From NCBI RefSeq assembly GCF_011386835.1, contig NC_088791.1:353276001-353340000 (forward strand): 64,000 nucleotides of DNA. The letters run 5' to 3'. Of this stretch, positions 44,887 to 58,454 are shown piece after piece. The stretch is from Chrysemys picta bellii (Eukaryota). The position numbers and the translations under genes are program-made. Numbering within the stretch: position 1 is the first letter of the stretch; each line of letters starts with the position of its first letter. The notes under the pieces were generated by a model. The model saw only the letters and a list, made by a program, of their open reading frames with translations. It was not told the DNA's origin and made no database searches.

Positions 44887-45634
44887 CAGTGGTTCCCAAA
44901 CTTTAACAGCCCGCGAACCCCTTTCACTAAATTGTGAAATCTCGTGACCCCCTCCTAAAAATGAATATTTTCAGGGATTTAAGTTTAAATTTCCTCAGTG
45001 TGATGGATGCCCCAACTGCCGGGACCCGAAATCTATGAACCTCTGAAAAATATTTTTTATTGAAACTTTTTTTAACGAACATAGAAAAACCAGAAACCAA
45101 AAATGTTTTTGTGAAATGTTTTTTTGGCTTTTAATAAAAATAAATTCATTTTTGGTTTTCAAAAATCAGAAAATGTTTCATGAAAACAGTTTTTGAAAAT
45201 GGACCATTTTTCCGTTTCAGTTTTTTGTAAATTTTTCTTGGGGAATTTTGAAAAATGTGAAAAAAATTCAAAACTTTCTGTGAAAAATGCTTGGTATTTT
45301 TCACCCACCTCTAGTTTCGGGTGAGGTTGTGGCTGGTGGCAACGAGGAGGGCTGTGGTTCTGGCTTTAGATGAGATTTGGCAAATTCCTGGGGCTTGGGC
45401 TGGGGTTTGGGCTACCAGCTCCCCCGCTGACGGGGGCAGGGCTCGGGCTGCCAGCCCCTACTGCCCGGCCCCGCTCGCCCTGGGGCTCAGGGTGTCTGCC
45501 CTGCAAGCGGGTCCCACCTGCAGTCTCCAATGTCCGGGGTCCTCTGTCTGCCATTAGTGAAATTTTTCTGGATAACCCCCTGTAACGTTCTGCAAACCCC
45601 CAGGGGTTCGCGAACCCCAGTTGGGGAACCACTG
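44887..45634. mobile_element. hAT-Charlie-like MITE unique to this duplicate
   Basis: TIRs CAGTGGTTCCCAA / TTGGGGAACCACTG and a perfect 8-bp TSD CTCTAGTT (44879-44886 and 45635-45642). The site is empty in the paralogs near 37350 and 58780. Confidence 0.92.
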
Positions 45635-46369
45635 CTCTAGTTCACACAGGAATGAATTCAGGGCAGGTCTCTGGCCTGGGCAATGCAGCTGATCAGAGTG
45701 GTCCCTTCTGGCCATAAATCTATGAAGCTGGGCCAGCCTGCGAATAGCTCCTCTCCACCCCCCGTCCCTCTCATGCCGCCCTCCCCCAGACAGCAGCGGG
45801 ACGGCTGGAAACCTGCGCGCCGGCTCTGACTCTGGCCCAGTGCGAAGTGTGGCAAGGCCACGACCCCTCCGTGCGTCTGAGCCCGGCCTCCCAGCTGGGC
45901 GCTGGGACTTCCCGCCTTGGACAGGGATGCCGCTAAAAGCAGAATCGGGACCTGCGTTTAACTGTGCTCTGCATTACGCCCTACGACCGCCAGCCCCCTT
46001 AGACTCTTTGAGCTGGGGAAAGGACAGATTGATTATTGCTCATGAATGTTCATGTCATTCCGCAGCCCCAGGTGCACATCAGCACTTTACACAGGATGAA
46101 AGGGACAGGCCCCAGCCATGAGAACACACAGGTTGCAGGCTGGCCCCTGTGCTCCCCTACACACCGGCTGGGCAGTGCTGTGGAGCTCAGTAGGGCTGGA
46201 CAGCCCATAAACCTGGGCAGGATTTGTCCCTAAGGCTAGGTCTGTGCTGCAGGCCAGAGGGGTGAATCCCCGGCTCACGGATCCCGCCCGTGCTAGCTTC
46301 CATCCAGCTGGAGCATGGGGCCGGCGGCAGGGGCAGGACTGAGCTGTGCCGAATACAAACTGACCTGCA

Positions 46370-46956
46370 ACCGTGTGTGTGTGTCTGGGTGTGAGATTGT
46401 GTGTGTGCATGTCTGTGTGTGAGTGTGTGTGTCTGTGTGTGTGTTTGTCTGTCACTCTGTGTGTGTCTGTGTCTGTTTGTCTGTCTCTGTGGTGAGTGTA
46501 TGTGTGGTTTTCTGTGCGCGCGTGTGTGTGTGTGTGCGTGTGTGTGTCTGTGTGTGTGTGTGTCTGTCACTCTGTGTGTGTCTGTGTCTGTCTGTCTGTC
46601 TCTGTGGTGAGTGNNNNNNNNNNNNNNNNNNNNNNNNNNNNNNNNNNNNNNNNNNNNNNNNNNNNNNNNNNNNNNNNNNNNNNNNNNNNNNNNNNNNNNN
46701 NNNNNNNNNNNNNNNNNNNNNNNNNNNNNNNNNNNNNNNNNNNNNNNNNNNNNNNNNNNNNNNNNNNNNNNNNNNNNNNNNNNNNNNNNNNNNNNNNNNN
46801 NNNNNNNNNNNNNNNNNNNNNNNTGNNNNNNNNNNNNNNNNNNNNNNNNNNNNNNNNNNNNNNNNNNNNNNNNNNNNNNNNNNNNNNNNNNNNNNNNNNN
46901 NNNNNNNNNNNNNNNNNNNNNNNNNNNNNNNNNNNNNNNNNNNNNNNNNNNNNNNN
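46370..46956. repeat. GT-rich repeat with assembly gap 46614-46956
   Basis: Paralog of 38085-38860. Confidence 0.95.
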
Positions 46957-47901
46957 GTTCTCGTGAAGGTTTGAAGAAACCAAGTCCGGCCAGAAGGCAG
47001 AGGTGATGGGCTGGTGTTTAGCCAGGGAACAGCGAGAAGAGCTTGATGAGATTTGATGTTCCTGCAGTGTCCCGGTGCACCCCAGAGCCCCCCAGCTCAT
47101 GCACGGCCCCCCAGGAGGCAGAGGACCATTGGCCAGAGGCAATGGGGCAAATCCCCCCTCTTAAACTCCTCTAAAACCATCCCCCTGCCCCTTTGCCCGC
47201 TGCCTGCTTCTCTGTCTCAGCGCCACGAGGGGCTGTGCTCACGGCGCTGCGTTTCATCCCATCCCTCCAGGAGGAAAAGCGTCCAGAGCCGCTAACAAGG
47301 AAGGGGCAGAATTTCAAAAGCAGAGATGAGAGTTCGGCACCTACGTTATCTCCTGCTAAATGGTGAAATCGATTTTAAAAGTGTCCAGATTATAAACTTT
47401 CTTAAAGCTTTATTGGACTCATATCTCCCCATAAAACTCCAAATAGAGGTGTCAGGTCACCAACCCCCTTCTCTCAACTGCAGCTGACTCACCAGGGTGG
47501 ACGTGACGAAAATCTTCACCATCGAGGAAAAAAGCCTCCGGACCCAGCCTGCCTGGAGTATCCGCCACAGACTGCCAGGCACGGGAGAGTATTTATCCTG
47601 TATCCTTGCAGCAGCTCCTTGGGGGTCACACAGTCCACTGGGAACTCAAGCGGAGGCTGATGTTTGAACATGGGCTAATCAGGCAAAGAAGCCAGATACA
47701 GCAGCAAGAGCTCTGTGACTTTTGCTGCTTGTATCCTTTATCCTACATGAGAACAGCAGAAAATAAGAATCACGAGGAGTCCGGTGGCAGCTTCAAGACC
47801 AACGGATTGAACAGATTCAAATCTGTTAGTCTTTAAGGTGCCACCGGACTCCTCGTTGGTTTTGTGGATACAGACTAACCCGGCTGCCCCTCGGATAGCA
47901 A

Positions 47902-48973
47902 ATAAGAACGGCCACACTGACTCACACCAATTCCATCTAGCCCAGTATCCTGACTTGTGACAGTGGCCAGGGCCCAGGTGCTTCACAGGGAACGAACAGA
48001 ACAGGGCAATGATCAATTGATCCATCTCCTGTCGTCTACTTCCAGCTTCTGGTGAGCAGGGGCTAGGGACATTCAGAGCATGGTTTTGCATCCCTGCCCA
48101 ACCTGGCTAATAGCAATTGATGGAGCTATCCTCCATGAACGTATCTAGTGCTTTTTTGAACCCTGTTATAGTTTTGGCCTTCACAACATCCCCTAGCAAT
48201 GAGTTCCACAGGTTGTACATTGTGCAAGTACTACTTTCTTATGCTTTTTTTTAAACTTGCTCCCTATTAATTGAATTGGGTGACCCTCGTCTGTGTGTTA
48301 TGTGAAGGAGAAAATAACACTTCCATATTTACTTTCCCCACACCAATGATGATTTTATAGACATCTATCATATCCCCCCCTTACTCGTCTCTTTTCTAGG
48401 CTGAAAAGTCCCAGCCTTTTTAGTCTCTCCTTATATGGAAACTGTTCCATACCCCTATTTTTTTTTGTGCCCTTTTCTGTACCTTTTCCAATTCTAATAT
48501 ATCTTTGTTGAGACGAGGTGACCAGAACTGCATGCCATGATTTATATAAAGGTAATATGATATTTTCGGTATCATATTTATCCCTTTCCTAATGGTTCCC
48601 AACATTCTGTTCGCTTTTTTGACTGTCACTGCACATTGAGTGGATGTTTTCAGAGAACTATCCCCAATGACTCCAAGATCTCTTTCTTGAGTGGTAACAG
48701 CTAATTTAGACCCCATCGTTTTATATGTATAGTTGAGATTAATTTTTCCGATGTGCATTGTTTTGCCTTTATCAACACTGAATTTCATCTGCCATTGTGT
48801 TGCCCAGTCACCTAGTTTTGAGAAATCCCTTTGTGAGTCTTCACAGTCAGCTTTGGACTTAACTATATCCTCTGCAAACTTTGCCATATCACTATTTCCC
48901 CTTTTTTCCAGATCACTTATGAATCTGTTGAACAGTAGTGGTCGCAATACAGACCGCTGGGGGACCCCACTGC
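47902..48973 (-). mobile_element. CR1 copy truncated at its junction with UBQLN P4
   Basis: Paralog of 39822-40940. It ends at gggaccccactg, directly abutting UBQLN sequence. Confidence 0.9.
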
Positions 48974-50637
48974 CCCAGTAGTTTGTCTATCACAGCGTTG
49001 ATGTCTCCTCCTGCTGCTCTCAGAGCTTGTACGTTGGCTTCGTGGTTCAGGAAACCCATTAAGTAGAGCTGCTCCAGCTGCTGCTGGAATTGGGCTTCAG
49101 GAGTTTGGGGAAGCGGGGGGCTTGCTTGACCAAGACCCTGCGCGATTTGCCCCATGTTACAGGGCTGGCACCCTGACTTGGCTGATCCTGGTGCTGGGGT
49201 TGCATTCTCACGTGGCTCAGAACCAGTCCTGGGTACTTCTCTGCCATCGGCAGGGCTCCCCGCTGCCCCTGAGCCAGGAGCGCTGCCTCGGGCGAACCTT
49301 AGCACCTCCATCCCCAGGGTCTGGAAACCCTGCTGAATCTGGATCAGAGCCTTGGTGGCTCTCGGGTTTGCCATCACTAACAGCACTTCTGGCCTGTGCA
49401 GCAGCTGGAGGAGGGCTTGGAGCTCCCGTGCTACTTCTTGTTGGGGATGCGGGATACCAACGAACCGGGGGTTACTCAGCATGAAGTGCACAATGAGACT
49501 GGGGTTCTGGCTCAGGGCCTGCATTATATTCCTCATGTGGGAGACAGACAGGATGCTCTGGAAAGACAGGGCATTCCTGGGTATCTCTTGCAAGGCGTTC
49601 TGCATTTCAGGCGGGTTACACATCCCAGCTGCGACTCCAGGTCCCCCAGGCGGCACCCAGGGGCTCTGCCCCATACTGCAGTTTGGGCTGTTGCTGACAT
49701 GAATACCCCCAACGTCAGTGCCTTGGTTGCGATGGGGGATGCAACTCTGTGGACCAAACTGAGAGGCCCAAAGGTTCGGTAAAGGTTCTCTGTTTTCTGT
49801 GGGGGACGGTTGGCTGAGCCCCGATGTGGGCGGCTTGTTCCGGGGTTGGTCAGTCCCACACTGCGCCTCTGGTCCATTCAGCGTTGGCTTCGGAGTATCA
49901 GGGAGCATTTGCAACAAGACTTTGTCTCCACCCAGCAGCATAGTCTGGCTCCTGTTTGTCAGTATTTCCTGCATCATCGCTGGGTTCCTAATGAACTCGA
50001 TCATTTCTCGCAGGAGGGCTGGGTTGTTCCAGATGTGTCTGACCTCTGGATTCTGCTGCACAAACTGCTGGAACAGGGGGTGTTCCCTTAAGAACCGTGT
50101 TATCAGGTCGGCGTTTGACAGCATGCTTTGGACAAAGGGATTTTCCAGAATCTGTAGCATCATTTCGGGGTTGACCACCAGCAGCTGCTGGAGCTCATTT
50201 AGGACACCTAAAATGCTGGGTGCGTTCCCACCTAGCACGCTCAGATCTGCCAGCCCAGCTGAGCCAGGAGCGCCTCTGCCCAGGGACGTGCCGTTGGGTG
50301 GTGCAGGGAGGGTGGCAGCATGCGTGCTGGCGTTTGTTTGCTGAGCTTCCTGGTCCTCTGCTCTCGTTTGTGGCCTGATGACGAGGTGGATGGTGAAGCC
50401 ATCATGGATCCCAGCCTGGCTGAGAGTATCTCGGTCGTTCACAATCTTCCCAGCAAAGATCAAGAGGAGCAGGTTGGTGGGAGCACGGAAGCGCTTGGCG
50501 ATTTTGCCCCGAAAGTCGGCGATGGTGCTGTTCTCCCACACTGCAAACTCCTCCCTTTCCTTGAGGGTCTTCACTGTCACTTTGATGATCTGGGGCTCTG
50601 CAGCAGTGCCGCCGGAGCCCTGTCCCTTTCCAGCCAT
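48913..50637 (-). CDS. UBQLN: Intronless ubiquilin-like protein P4, 574 aa: recent paralog of P3 with CR1-derived C-terminal tail
   Basis: ATG at 50637, colinear with P3 (about 30 aa differences) through DKLLG. It then reads [19 protein letters not shown] from out-of-frame CR1. Confidence 0.9.
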   Translation of the reverse strand: MAGKGQGSGGTAAEPQIIKVTVKTLKEREEFAVWENSTIADFRGKIAKRFRAPTNLLLLIFAGKIVNDRDTLSQAGIHDGFTIHLVIRPQTRAEDQEAQQTNASTHAATLPAPPNGTSLGRGAPGSAGLADLSVLGGNAPSILGVLNELQQLLVVNPEMMLQILENPFVQSMLSNADLITRFLREHPLFQQFVQQNPEVRHIWNNPALLREMIEFIRNPAMMQEILTNRSQTMLLGGDKVLLQMLPDTPKPTLNGPEAQCGTDQPRNKPPTSGLSQPSPTENREPLPNLWASQFGPQSCIPHRNQGTDVGGIHVSNSPNCSMGQSPWVPPGGPGVAAGMCNPPEMQNALQEIPRNALSFQSILSVSHMRNIMQALSQNPSLIVHFMLSNPRFVGIPHPQQEVARELQALLQLLHRPEVLLVMANPRATKALIQIQQGFQTLGMEVLRFARGSAPGSGAAGSPADGREVPRTGSEPRENATPAPGSAKSGCQPCNMGQIAQGLGQASPPLPQTPEAQFQQQLEQLYLMGFLNHEANVQALRAAGGDINAVIDKLLGQWGPPAVCIATTTVQQIHK

Positions 50638-50801
50638 GGCTAACACGATGCTGGTCCCTTCCCGAAAAGCAGAGAGACCAGAGACTTACAGGGGCTGGGG
50701 ATGTCTAGAGACCAAATCCAGAGCACTCATGTCAGCTGGTGCGCATCCCCATGCTGCTCCCCTGCTCACAGCTTCCTAAACTCCTGGCTTGCCCGGGTGG
50801 A

Positions 50802-50846
50802 CTGTGACATCCCTGCTGATGTCACTGTGAGCAAGAAACCACATGG
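50802..50846 (-). promoter_or_regulatory. Conserved UBQLN upstream module, P4 copy
   Basis: ctgtgacatccctgctgatgtcactgtgagc, identical to the P3 copy. Confidence 0.6.
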
Positions 50847-52173
50847 ACACCTGCCTTATTCCCCGTGCATAGGCATAGGTAGAAGAGAGGTCCTGGAGGC
50901 CCAACGTAGCCTGCTAGGTAAGAAATTGAATCATAGAATCATAGAATATCAGGGCTGGAAGGGACCTCAGGTGATCATCTAGTCCAACCCCCTGCTCAAA
51001 GCAGGACCAATTCCCAACTAAATCATCCCAGCCAGGGCTTTGTCAAGCCTGACCTTAAAAGCCTCTAAGGAAGGAGATTCCACCACCTCCCTAGGTAACC
51101 CATTCCAGTGCTTCACCACCCTCCTAGTGAAAAAGTTTTTTCCTAATATCCAACCTAAATCTCCCCCACTGCAACTTGAGACTATTACTCCTTGTTCTGT
51201 CATCAGGTACCACTGAGAACAGTCTAGATCCATCCTCTTTGGAACCCCCTTTCAGGTAGTTGAAAGCAGCTATCAAATCCCGCCTCCCTCTTCTCTTCTG
51301 CAGACTAAACAATCCCAGTTCCCTCAGCCGCTCCTCATAAGTCATGTGCTCCAGACCCTATCCAGACCCCGCGCGCTGTCTTTTTGTTGCCCTCCGCTGG
51401 ACTCTTTCCAATTTTTCCACATCCTTCTGATTTTCCCTCTGTGTGGTTCCTCGTTGGAGCTTGGAAACGTTAAAAAGTCAGGCGTGCCCCAGCCTGCTGA
51501 GGAGGGCGCTAACCCCAGGGCTGGAACCCAACCTGTGAACACATATCCAGACCCCGCGCGCTGTCTCCCCGGCGTACGCCCTCCTGTGGGGCTCTGCGGT
51601 GCTGCTGCTGTAGGCGAGCCCTTCGCCCCCAGAAGCCAGTCTCCGGGGACGCCCGTCTCTCCGCTTTCTCTTTGCCGGCCAGTGGAGGATGCTGAGCTGT
51701 TGGGACTGCAGACACCCCAGTGGGGCAGACATGGGGGGAAAGGAGGGTCTGTAAAAATGTCCCCCACAAGAACCCAGAGTAGTTCTGTGCGGTGGGGAAA
51801 GCTGAGAGGGCGTGGACGGGGTGGATATGTCCATTCATTCCACCACCAGCCCCCACATCGGCAGGGGGTGGGGAGTTTCTCTGGCCACTCCAGTCCCAGC
51901 TGTCTGTCACTTTGGGGATGAATTTTTCCATGCTGTTCAGCCCCAGTGGTAGACTCTCTCCACAGCCCATCACAGGGCTGCCCTGGCATCATCTCCCTGT
52001 GCCTGGGAGAGGTGGGGTCAGGGCTCTGCCCATGGGCAGGAGTATATGGTCTGCAGCCACTACTGATGGCCCAGAATTTGGCTGCCCCCATCCCCACTGC
52101 TGCTTCTTCATCCAGGAAGGTCTTTGGCATCGCATGGCTTCCCGAAAACCTCATGTACCCTGCCTGGTACCTC

Positions 52174-52770
52174 TGTTGCTGGCACAGAGTGCCCAAGGAC
52201 AGCAACAGTAGGTTTGTTGCCCGGTGTGCTTCGCGCCAATAAACACACCAGGGGGAGAAGCAAACAAAGTTTATTTGAGATCTCAAAGCGGTGCTAGGAG
52301 ACTGGCACGTCTCAAATCAAGCACATTAACAGAAACAGTTTTTCTTCCTTTATACATTTTGCAGTTAAGCCTCATCTCCCCCCTTCCCCCTCTAGTCCTC
52401 CCTTCCCCCCCCCCATTCCTTCCTCTAGCCCTCCCGTCCCTGGTAATAGTTACTAAGCAAATAACGATTACATTTAAGCAGTTAAGTCATTCTTGGCAGC
52501 TATAAGCCTGTTAGTAACTTCTTTAAACCGTTATCTTGTCCTTTTTCCCTTCAGCCAGAAACATGCAGGCCTCATTATTACCGCTTGATACCAGGGTGAG
52601 CAGGAGGTTGGACACAGATAACGGGTTGCTTACATATTCCAATTGCACCTGGCTTTTGAGGTTGATTAGAGTTTAAACATGGAAGGAGTTTGGTTCATTT
52701 TAGGCCTAGTGCAGGAAGGCTTCATTGACACTTGTGATTTTCCACCCTCCCGAGTTACCTAGGGTGATGG
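52174..52770. mobile_element. LTR-like insertion unique to the second unit
   Basis: Absent from the paralogous 33544-33570. It starts with TG, its right end is not clean, and it replaces one TGATGTCA unit. Confidence 0.6.
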
Positions 52771-54797
52771 TGATGCCCCTCTGTGATGTCATAGCTGGAT
52801 GTGTCTGCCACATCCCTCTATGATGTCAGGTGGATGTTCCTGGGGACATAATTAGCCTTCTTCCCTCTTTAAATTATTGACAACGTATGTGCAAAAAAAC
52901 CCCTCGTGAGAATTTATGGGAGGAACAACTGAACTGTAAGCACACGATAAAGCGAATGAGCTGCACCGGGGATGTTTAGGAAGCGTAAAAGCTCCATCGC
53001 TGGCCCCCAACAATAACTAGTCCCTACTGAGCGATGTTTCTGTGAGACGGGCAGGGGCATTTCTCACTGAATGGACATGCTGTAAATCTGTGATTCAGAA
53101 ATATCCCATTGTTTCATTCCTATCATGTAAAGTATTGAAATGACTAAATCATATGATAGATTCATATAATAGAACAGTCCAAATGAAATGAACAAAAAAA
53201 TCAACCTGAAATGATTTTACCTCCTTTAAACAAAAAAAGTTGACATTAAATGAAACAAGAAAGTCAAAATGATTCATTTTGACACATCTCCCTTGGAAAT
53301 GTCATCACAATGGACACCGTCCTGTGGAGCGTTTTGGATCTGGAAAGGGCGTTTTCAGACAGGAAAGCGTCCCATGAGCACTGTGCCACCCGCTCTAGTG
53401 AATAGCCTTTCCGATGCAAACGGCATCACCACTCTGCAGCACTGTCCTCGCCTTCCCACTGCTCTTGCCGGTCCCTCAGTCCCAGCAATGGCAACTTTCA
53501 CAGTGCCTACATAAGAACAGCCAGACTGAGTCAGACCAATTCCATCCAGCCCAGTCTCCTGTCTTCCGACAGTGGCCAGTGCCAGGGGCCCCAGAGGGAA
53601 TGAACCGAACAGGGAATCAGCAAGTGATCCGTCCCCTGTCGCCCATTCCCAGCTTCTGGCCAACAGAGGCTAGGGACACTGAAGGAACAGACATGGACAC
53701 CGTGTAGAGTAGGGACGACAAATACAAGTTATGTCATGGGCCCATTGCATTGCAAAGTATTTCTGTCCATCTCCTTATTCCTCAAAGCTGTTTACCTGTT
53801 CTTGAGTGTATATAGCCAAGCAAAGTGCGGCCGCACATGCAAAGCAATGTCATGTCTCTGTTTATTTGTCTGTCTGTAACGCAATGACGTTTGAATGCTG
53901 CAGCCGATCAATTACAAAATTTCAGGAAATGTTCTAGCCATCAGCGGGTGCAGCCCTGTGGATCAATCAGCAATCAGCAAAACAGAAAAGGAGAACAGGG
54001 GAACACAAGGAGGAGTCCTTGGCATCTGGTTAGCAGAACCAGCAGCTTCAGCCACCTCAGAAATTGGCTCTAGATCAAAGCAGTGGTTGATGGGACCAAT
54101 ACACACCTCCCAGCATAACAACTGCCCCCCTCCCCCGCGTCTCCGCTCCGGCCATCCAAATCAGTTTCAAATGTCGCCCCTTTGGAAGACTTCTCTGACA
54201 GACAGAGAGAAGAGAACTGAGAATGCGGAGGGGAGGAATGAGGGGGGGGATTTGCATGAATTCCCTTAAAAAGGGGGTGGCACATAGTAAACTTGTGGGG
54301 TGCAACAGAAGGACGTCTGGAGCCCCTGGTGTGTGCAAGTTGCTCAATTTGCAGATGCAGAAAAGTGCATGGCCTCCCCTCAGTTACAGCTATTGTTAAT
54401 CTACTGCTTTGAGATAGTGCTGACTTTTCTAAAGGTGACCCCTTTCACTGAGCAAGCCTGTGAGTGGAAACGCCCTTATAAATTAAAAATAAGCTTTTAT
54501 CTATTTAACACCATTATAAATGCTGGAGGCAAAGCGGCGTTTGGGGTGGAGGCTGACAGCTCGCAACCCCCCTGTAATAGCCCCACAACACCCTGAAGTG
54601 TCCCAACCCCCAGTTTGAGAACCCCTGATGTAAGAGGAAATAACAGAATCTTTTTCAGGCAACTACCTCTACACAGTTTGAATTGTTCTAGTATTTTATG
54701 GTTGGAGGTTTTGAATGTCCTCCGAGAAGATACAATGTTCAGTCAACAACCCATTCAAAACTCGTCCAACGAAACCATATCCCACACAACTCCCAGT

Positions 54798-55742
54798 TCA
54801 GAGTAAGTCTCTGGAGAATATTCGGGAGATCCTCTTGCGAATCTCCTTTGTCTTCACACTGTAAACAATTGGGTTTAACACAGGGGGGACAAAGAGGTAG
54901 GCATAGGACAGAAGAATATGCACAAGACGAGGAGCATTTCCCCCAAACCTGTGCATAACAGAGATAGCAATTATTGGGACATAAAAGAGTAAGACGGCGC
55001 AGATGTGTGAGACGCAGGTGTTTAGAGCCGTGAGGCGCTGTTCATAGGATGCAATATTAAAAACAGTCCTTAGAATCTGAACGTACGATAGGATGATGAA
55101 CACTGAGTCTAAGCCGTAAGTGACGAGGATGGCAAATAATCCGTAGATGTTATTGACTGTTGTGTCTGCACATGCCAGTCTCATCATGTCTGGGTGCAAG
55201 CAGTAGGCGTGGGAGAGGACATTGCCTTTGCAGATTGGCAGCCGTTTAATCAGAAAGGGGAAAGGGAGGACCATGCTGGTACTTTTAATCACAACGGCCA
55301 GCCCGATTCTCACGATCCTGGGGTTGGTCAAGATGGCCGCGTAGCGCAGCGGGTCGCAGATGGCGACAAAGCGATCGAACGACATGGCCAGTAAAATCCC
55401 CGACTCCATGAAGGAAAAGGAGTGAATGAAAAACATCTGGGCCAGGCAGGCGTCGAACGCGACGTCTGTGACATCGAAGCAGAAGATGCCGAGCACCGTA
55501 GGCAGGGTCGACAGAGATATACCAAGGTCGTTGACTGACAGCATGCTCAGGAACAAATACATGGGCTGATGGAGACGCCGCTCTGCCCAGATAATGCAGA
55601 GGACAGTGCAATTCCCTACAATGGCGGTGATGTAGACCACACAGAAAGGGATCGAGATCCAGTGGTGAGCAGCTGCCTGGCCTGGGAAGCCGGTCAGTTG
55701 GAATGTGGGAGGATGGAAGCTGGTGCTATTGAAATCCACCAT
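54798..55742 (-). CDS. OR51: Class I olfactory receptor OR51a', 314 aa, intact paralog of OR51a
   Basis: Same motifs as OR51a, with about a dozen aa differences along the whole length. Confidence 0.95.
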   Translation of the reverse strand: MVDFNSTSFHPPTFQLTGFPGQAAAHHWISIPFCVVYITAIVGNCTVLCIIWAERRLHQPMYLFLSMLSVNDLGISLSTLPTVLGIFCFDVTDVAFDACLAQMFFIHSFSFMESGILLAMSFDRFVAICDPLRYAAILTNPRIVRIGLAVVIKSTSMVLPFPFLIKRLPICKGNVLSHAYCLHPDMMRLACADTTVNNIYGLFAILVTYGLDSVFIILSYVQILRTVFNIASYEQRLTALNTCVSHICAVLLFYVPIIAISVMHRFGGNAPRLVHILLSYAYLFVPPVLNPIVYSVKTKEIRKRISRIFSRDLL

Positions 55743-55855
55743 GCTGAGCAGTCGCTGTCCTGATCAGCTCCAATCCCCTGTGTAAATGCAAAATGAACCT
55801 GAGAGTTACCCCGAGGCCAGGTGACCGGGAAGGGACCTGCAGTTCAGCATTGACT

Positions 55856-58454
55856 GAACCGACGAGGGGGGAGGCCATTTTGGATTTGGTTTTGGTGAGT
55901 AGTGAGGACCTTGTTGAGGAAATGGTTGTAGGGGACAACCTTGGCTCCAGTGATCATGAGCTAATTCGGTTTAAATTAAATGGAAGGATTAACAGAATTA
56001 AATCAAAGACTAGGGTTTACAATTTTAAAAAGGCTAATTTTAATAAATTAAGAGGACTGGTAAGGGAAGTGTTTTGGGCAAACATATTAATGGATCTAAA
56101 GGTAGAAGATGCCTGGGATTATTTTAAGTTAAAGCTGCAGGAGCTGTCGGAGGCCTGTATCCCAAAAAAGGGAAAAAGGTTAGTGAGCAAGAGATTTAGA
56201 CCCAGCTGGATGAGCGACCGTCTCAAAGGGACGATTAGGAAAAAACAGAAAGCGTACAAAGAGTGGAAGAGGGGAGGGATCAGTAAGGAAACTTACCTTA
56301 GTGAGGTCAGAGCATGTAGAGATGGAGTGAGAAAGGCCAAAAGCCGTGTAGAGTTGGACCTTGCGAGGGGAATTAAAAGCAATACTAAGAGGTTTTACAG
56401 CCATATAAATAGGAAGAAAGCAAAGAAAGAAGAAGTGGGACCGCTGAAGACTATAGCTGGAGTGGTGATTAAGGATAATCTAGCCATGGCACAATATCTA
56501 AACGAATATTTTGCATCAGTGTTCAATGAGGCCAATGAAGGGATTAGGAATATTGGCAGCATGACAGAGGGGGATACAGGAGGGGGGATTACCATATCCG
56601 AGGTAGAAACCAAACTTGAACACCTTAACGGGACTATGTCGGGTGGACCGGATGATCTTCATCCAAGAATATTGAAGGAACTGGCGCGAGAAATAGCAGG
56701 CCCCTTAGCGATAATTTTTAATGAATCTTTAAACTCGGGGGTGGTACCGTTGGACTGGAGAATAGCTAATGTGGTTCCTATTTTCAAGAAAGGGAAAAAA
56801 AGTGACCCGGGTAACTACAGGTCTGTCAGTTTAACATCTGTAGTGTGCAAGGTCCTGGAGAAAATTGTGAAGGAGAAAGTAGTTAAGGACCTTGGGGTCA
56901 ATGGCAATTGCGACAAATTACAACATGGTTTTACCAAGGGCAGATCGTGCCAAACCAATCTGATCTCCTTCTTCAGGAAAGTAACGGACTTATTAGATAA
57001 GGGAAATGCGGTGGACCTAATATACCTTGATTTCTGTACCGCACAAGCAATTATTGGTTAAATTGGAAAAGATGGGGATCGATATGAAAATCCAGAGGTG
57101 GATAAGGAACTGGTTAATGGGGAGACTGCAGCAGGTCGTACTGAAAGGTGAACTGTCAGGTTGGAGGGAGGTCACCAGTGGAGTTCCTCAAGGTTCGGTT
57201 TTGGGACCGATTTTATTTAATCTATTTATTACTGACCTCGGAACCAATTGTAGGAGTGGGCTGATAAAGTTTGCGGATGACACAAAGTTGGGAGGTATTG
57301 CCAATTCGGAGGAGGATTGGGATATTCTGCAGGGAGACTTGAATGACCTTGTAAATTGGAGTAACAGAAATAGGATGAAATTTAACAGTGAAAAGTGTAA
57401 GGTGATGCACTTAGGGATGACTAACAACAATTTTAGTTACAAGCTGGGGACGCATCGGTTAGAAGTAACGGAGGAGGAGAAAGACCTTGGAGTCCTGGTA
57501 GACCGCAGGATGACTATGAGTCGACAATGTGACGTGGCGGTGAAAAAAGCCAATGCGGTCTTGGGATGCATTAGGCGAGGTATATCTAGTAGGGATAAGG
57601 AGGTGCTGCTTCTGTTGTATAAGGCGCTGGTGAGACCTCATTTGGAGTACTGTGTGCAGTTCTGGTCTCCGATGTTTAAAAAAGATGAACTTAAACTTGA
57701 ACGGGTACAGAGAAGGGCCACTAGGATGATCAGAGGAATGGAAAACCTGTCGTATGAAAGGAGACTCGAGGAGCTCGGGTTGTTTAGCCTGACCAAACGA
57801 AGGCTGAGGGGGGATATGATTGCTCTCTTTAAATATATCAGAGGAATAAATACCAGGGAGGGAGAGGAATTATTCCAGCTTAGTACTAATGTGGACACAA
57901 GAACGAATGGATATAAACTGGCCGTGGGGAAGTTTAGGCTTGAAATTAGACGAAGGTTTTTGACCGTCAGAGGGGTGAAATATTGGAACAGCCTTCCGAG
58001 GGAAACGGTGGGGGTGAGGGACCTGTCTGGTTTTAAGATTAAGCTAGATAAGTTTATGGAGGGAATGGTTTAATGGGATAACATGATTTTAGTCAAATGA
58101 ACAGTGTGCCATGGCAGGTAAATAGCATCAATGGCCAATGAGGGTCCGGCTGGAGAATCTTGCCTACATGCTCGGGGTTCTGCTGATCGCCATATTTGGG
58201 GTCGGGAAGGAATTTTCCTCCAAGGTAGGTTGGCAGAGGCCCTGGAGGTTTTTCGCCTTCCTCCGCAGCATGGGGCAGGGGTCGCTAGCTGGAGGATTCT
58301 CTGCTACTTGAAGTCTCTAAACCACAGGATTTATTGACTTCAACAGCAGAGTCAAGGGAAAGGGTTGGGACGGCTTTGTGGCCTGCATCATGCGGGAGGT
58401 CAGACTAGATGATCATAATGGTCCCTTCTGACCTTAAAGTCTATGAGTCTATGA
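55856..58454 (+). mobile_element. Young 5'-truncated CR1 LINE (endonuclease end plus RT), unique to this duplicate
   Basis: ORF2 is in two long frames (GSSDHELI...; GVPQGSVLGPILFN; KFADDTKL), broken once near 57033 where DFSKAFD is deleted. It has a (GTCTATGA)2 tail and GACT duplicated at 55852-55855 and 58455-58458. Confidence 0.95.

Noticed and set aside
55793-57061. 422-aa ORF with a flank-derived ATG in frame with CR1 ORF2
   Set aside because: A chance 21-codon extension from the antisense OR upstream region. It ends at the RT frameshift, and there is no evidence of a promoter.
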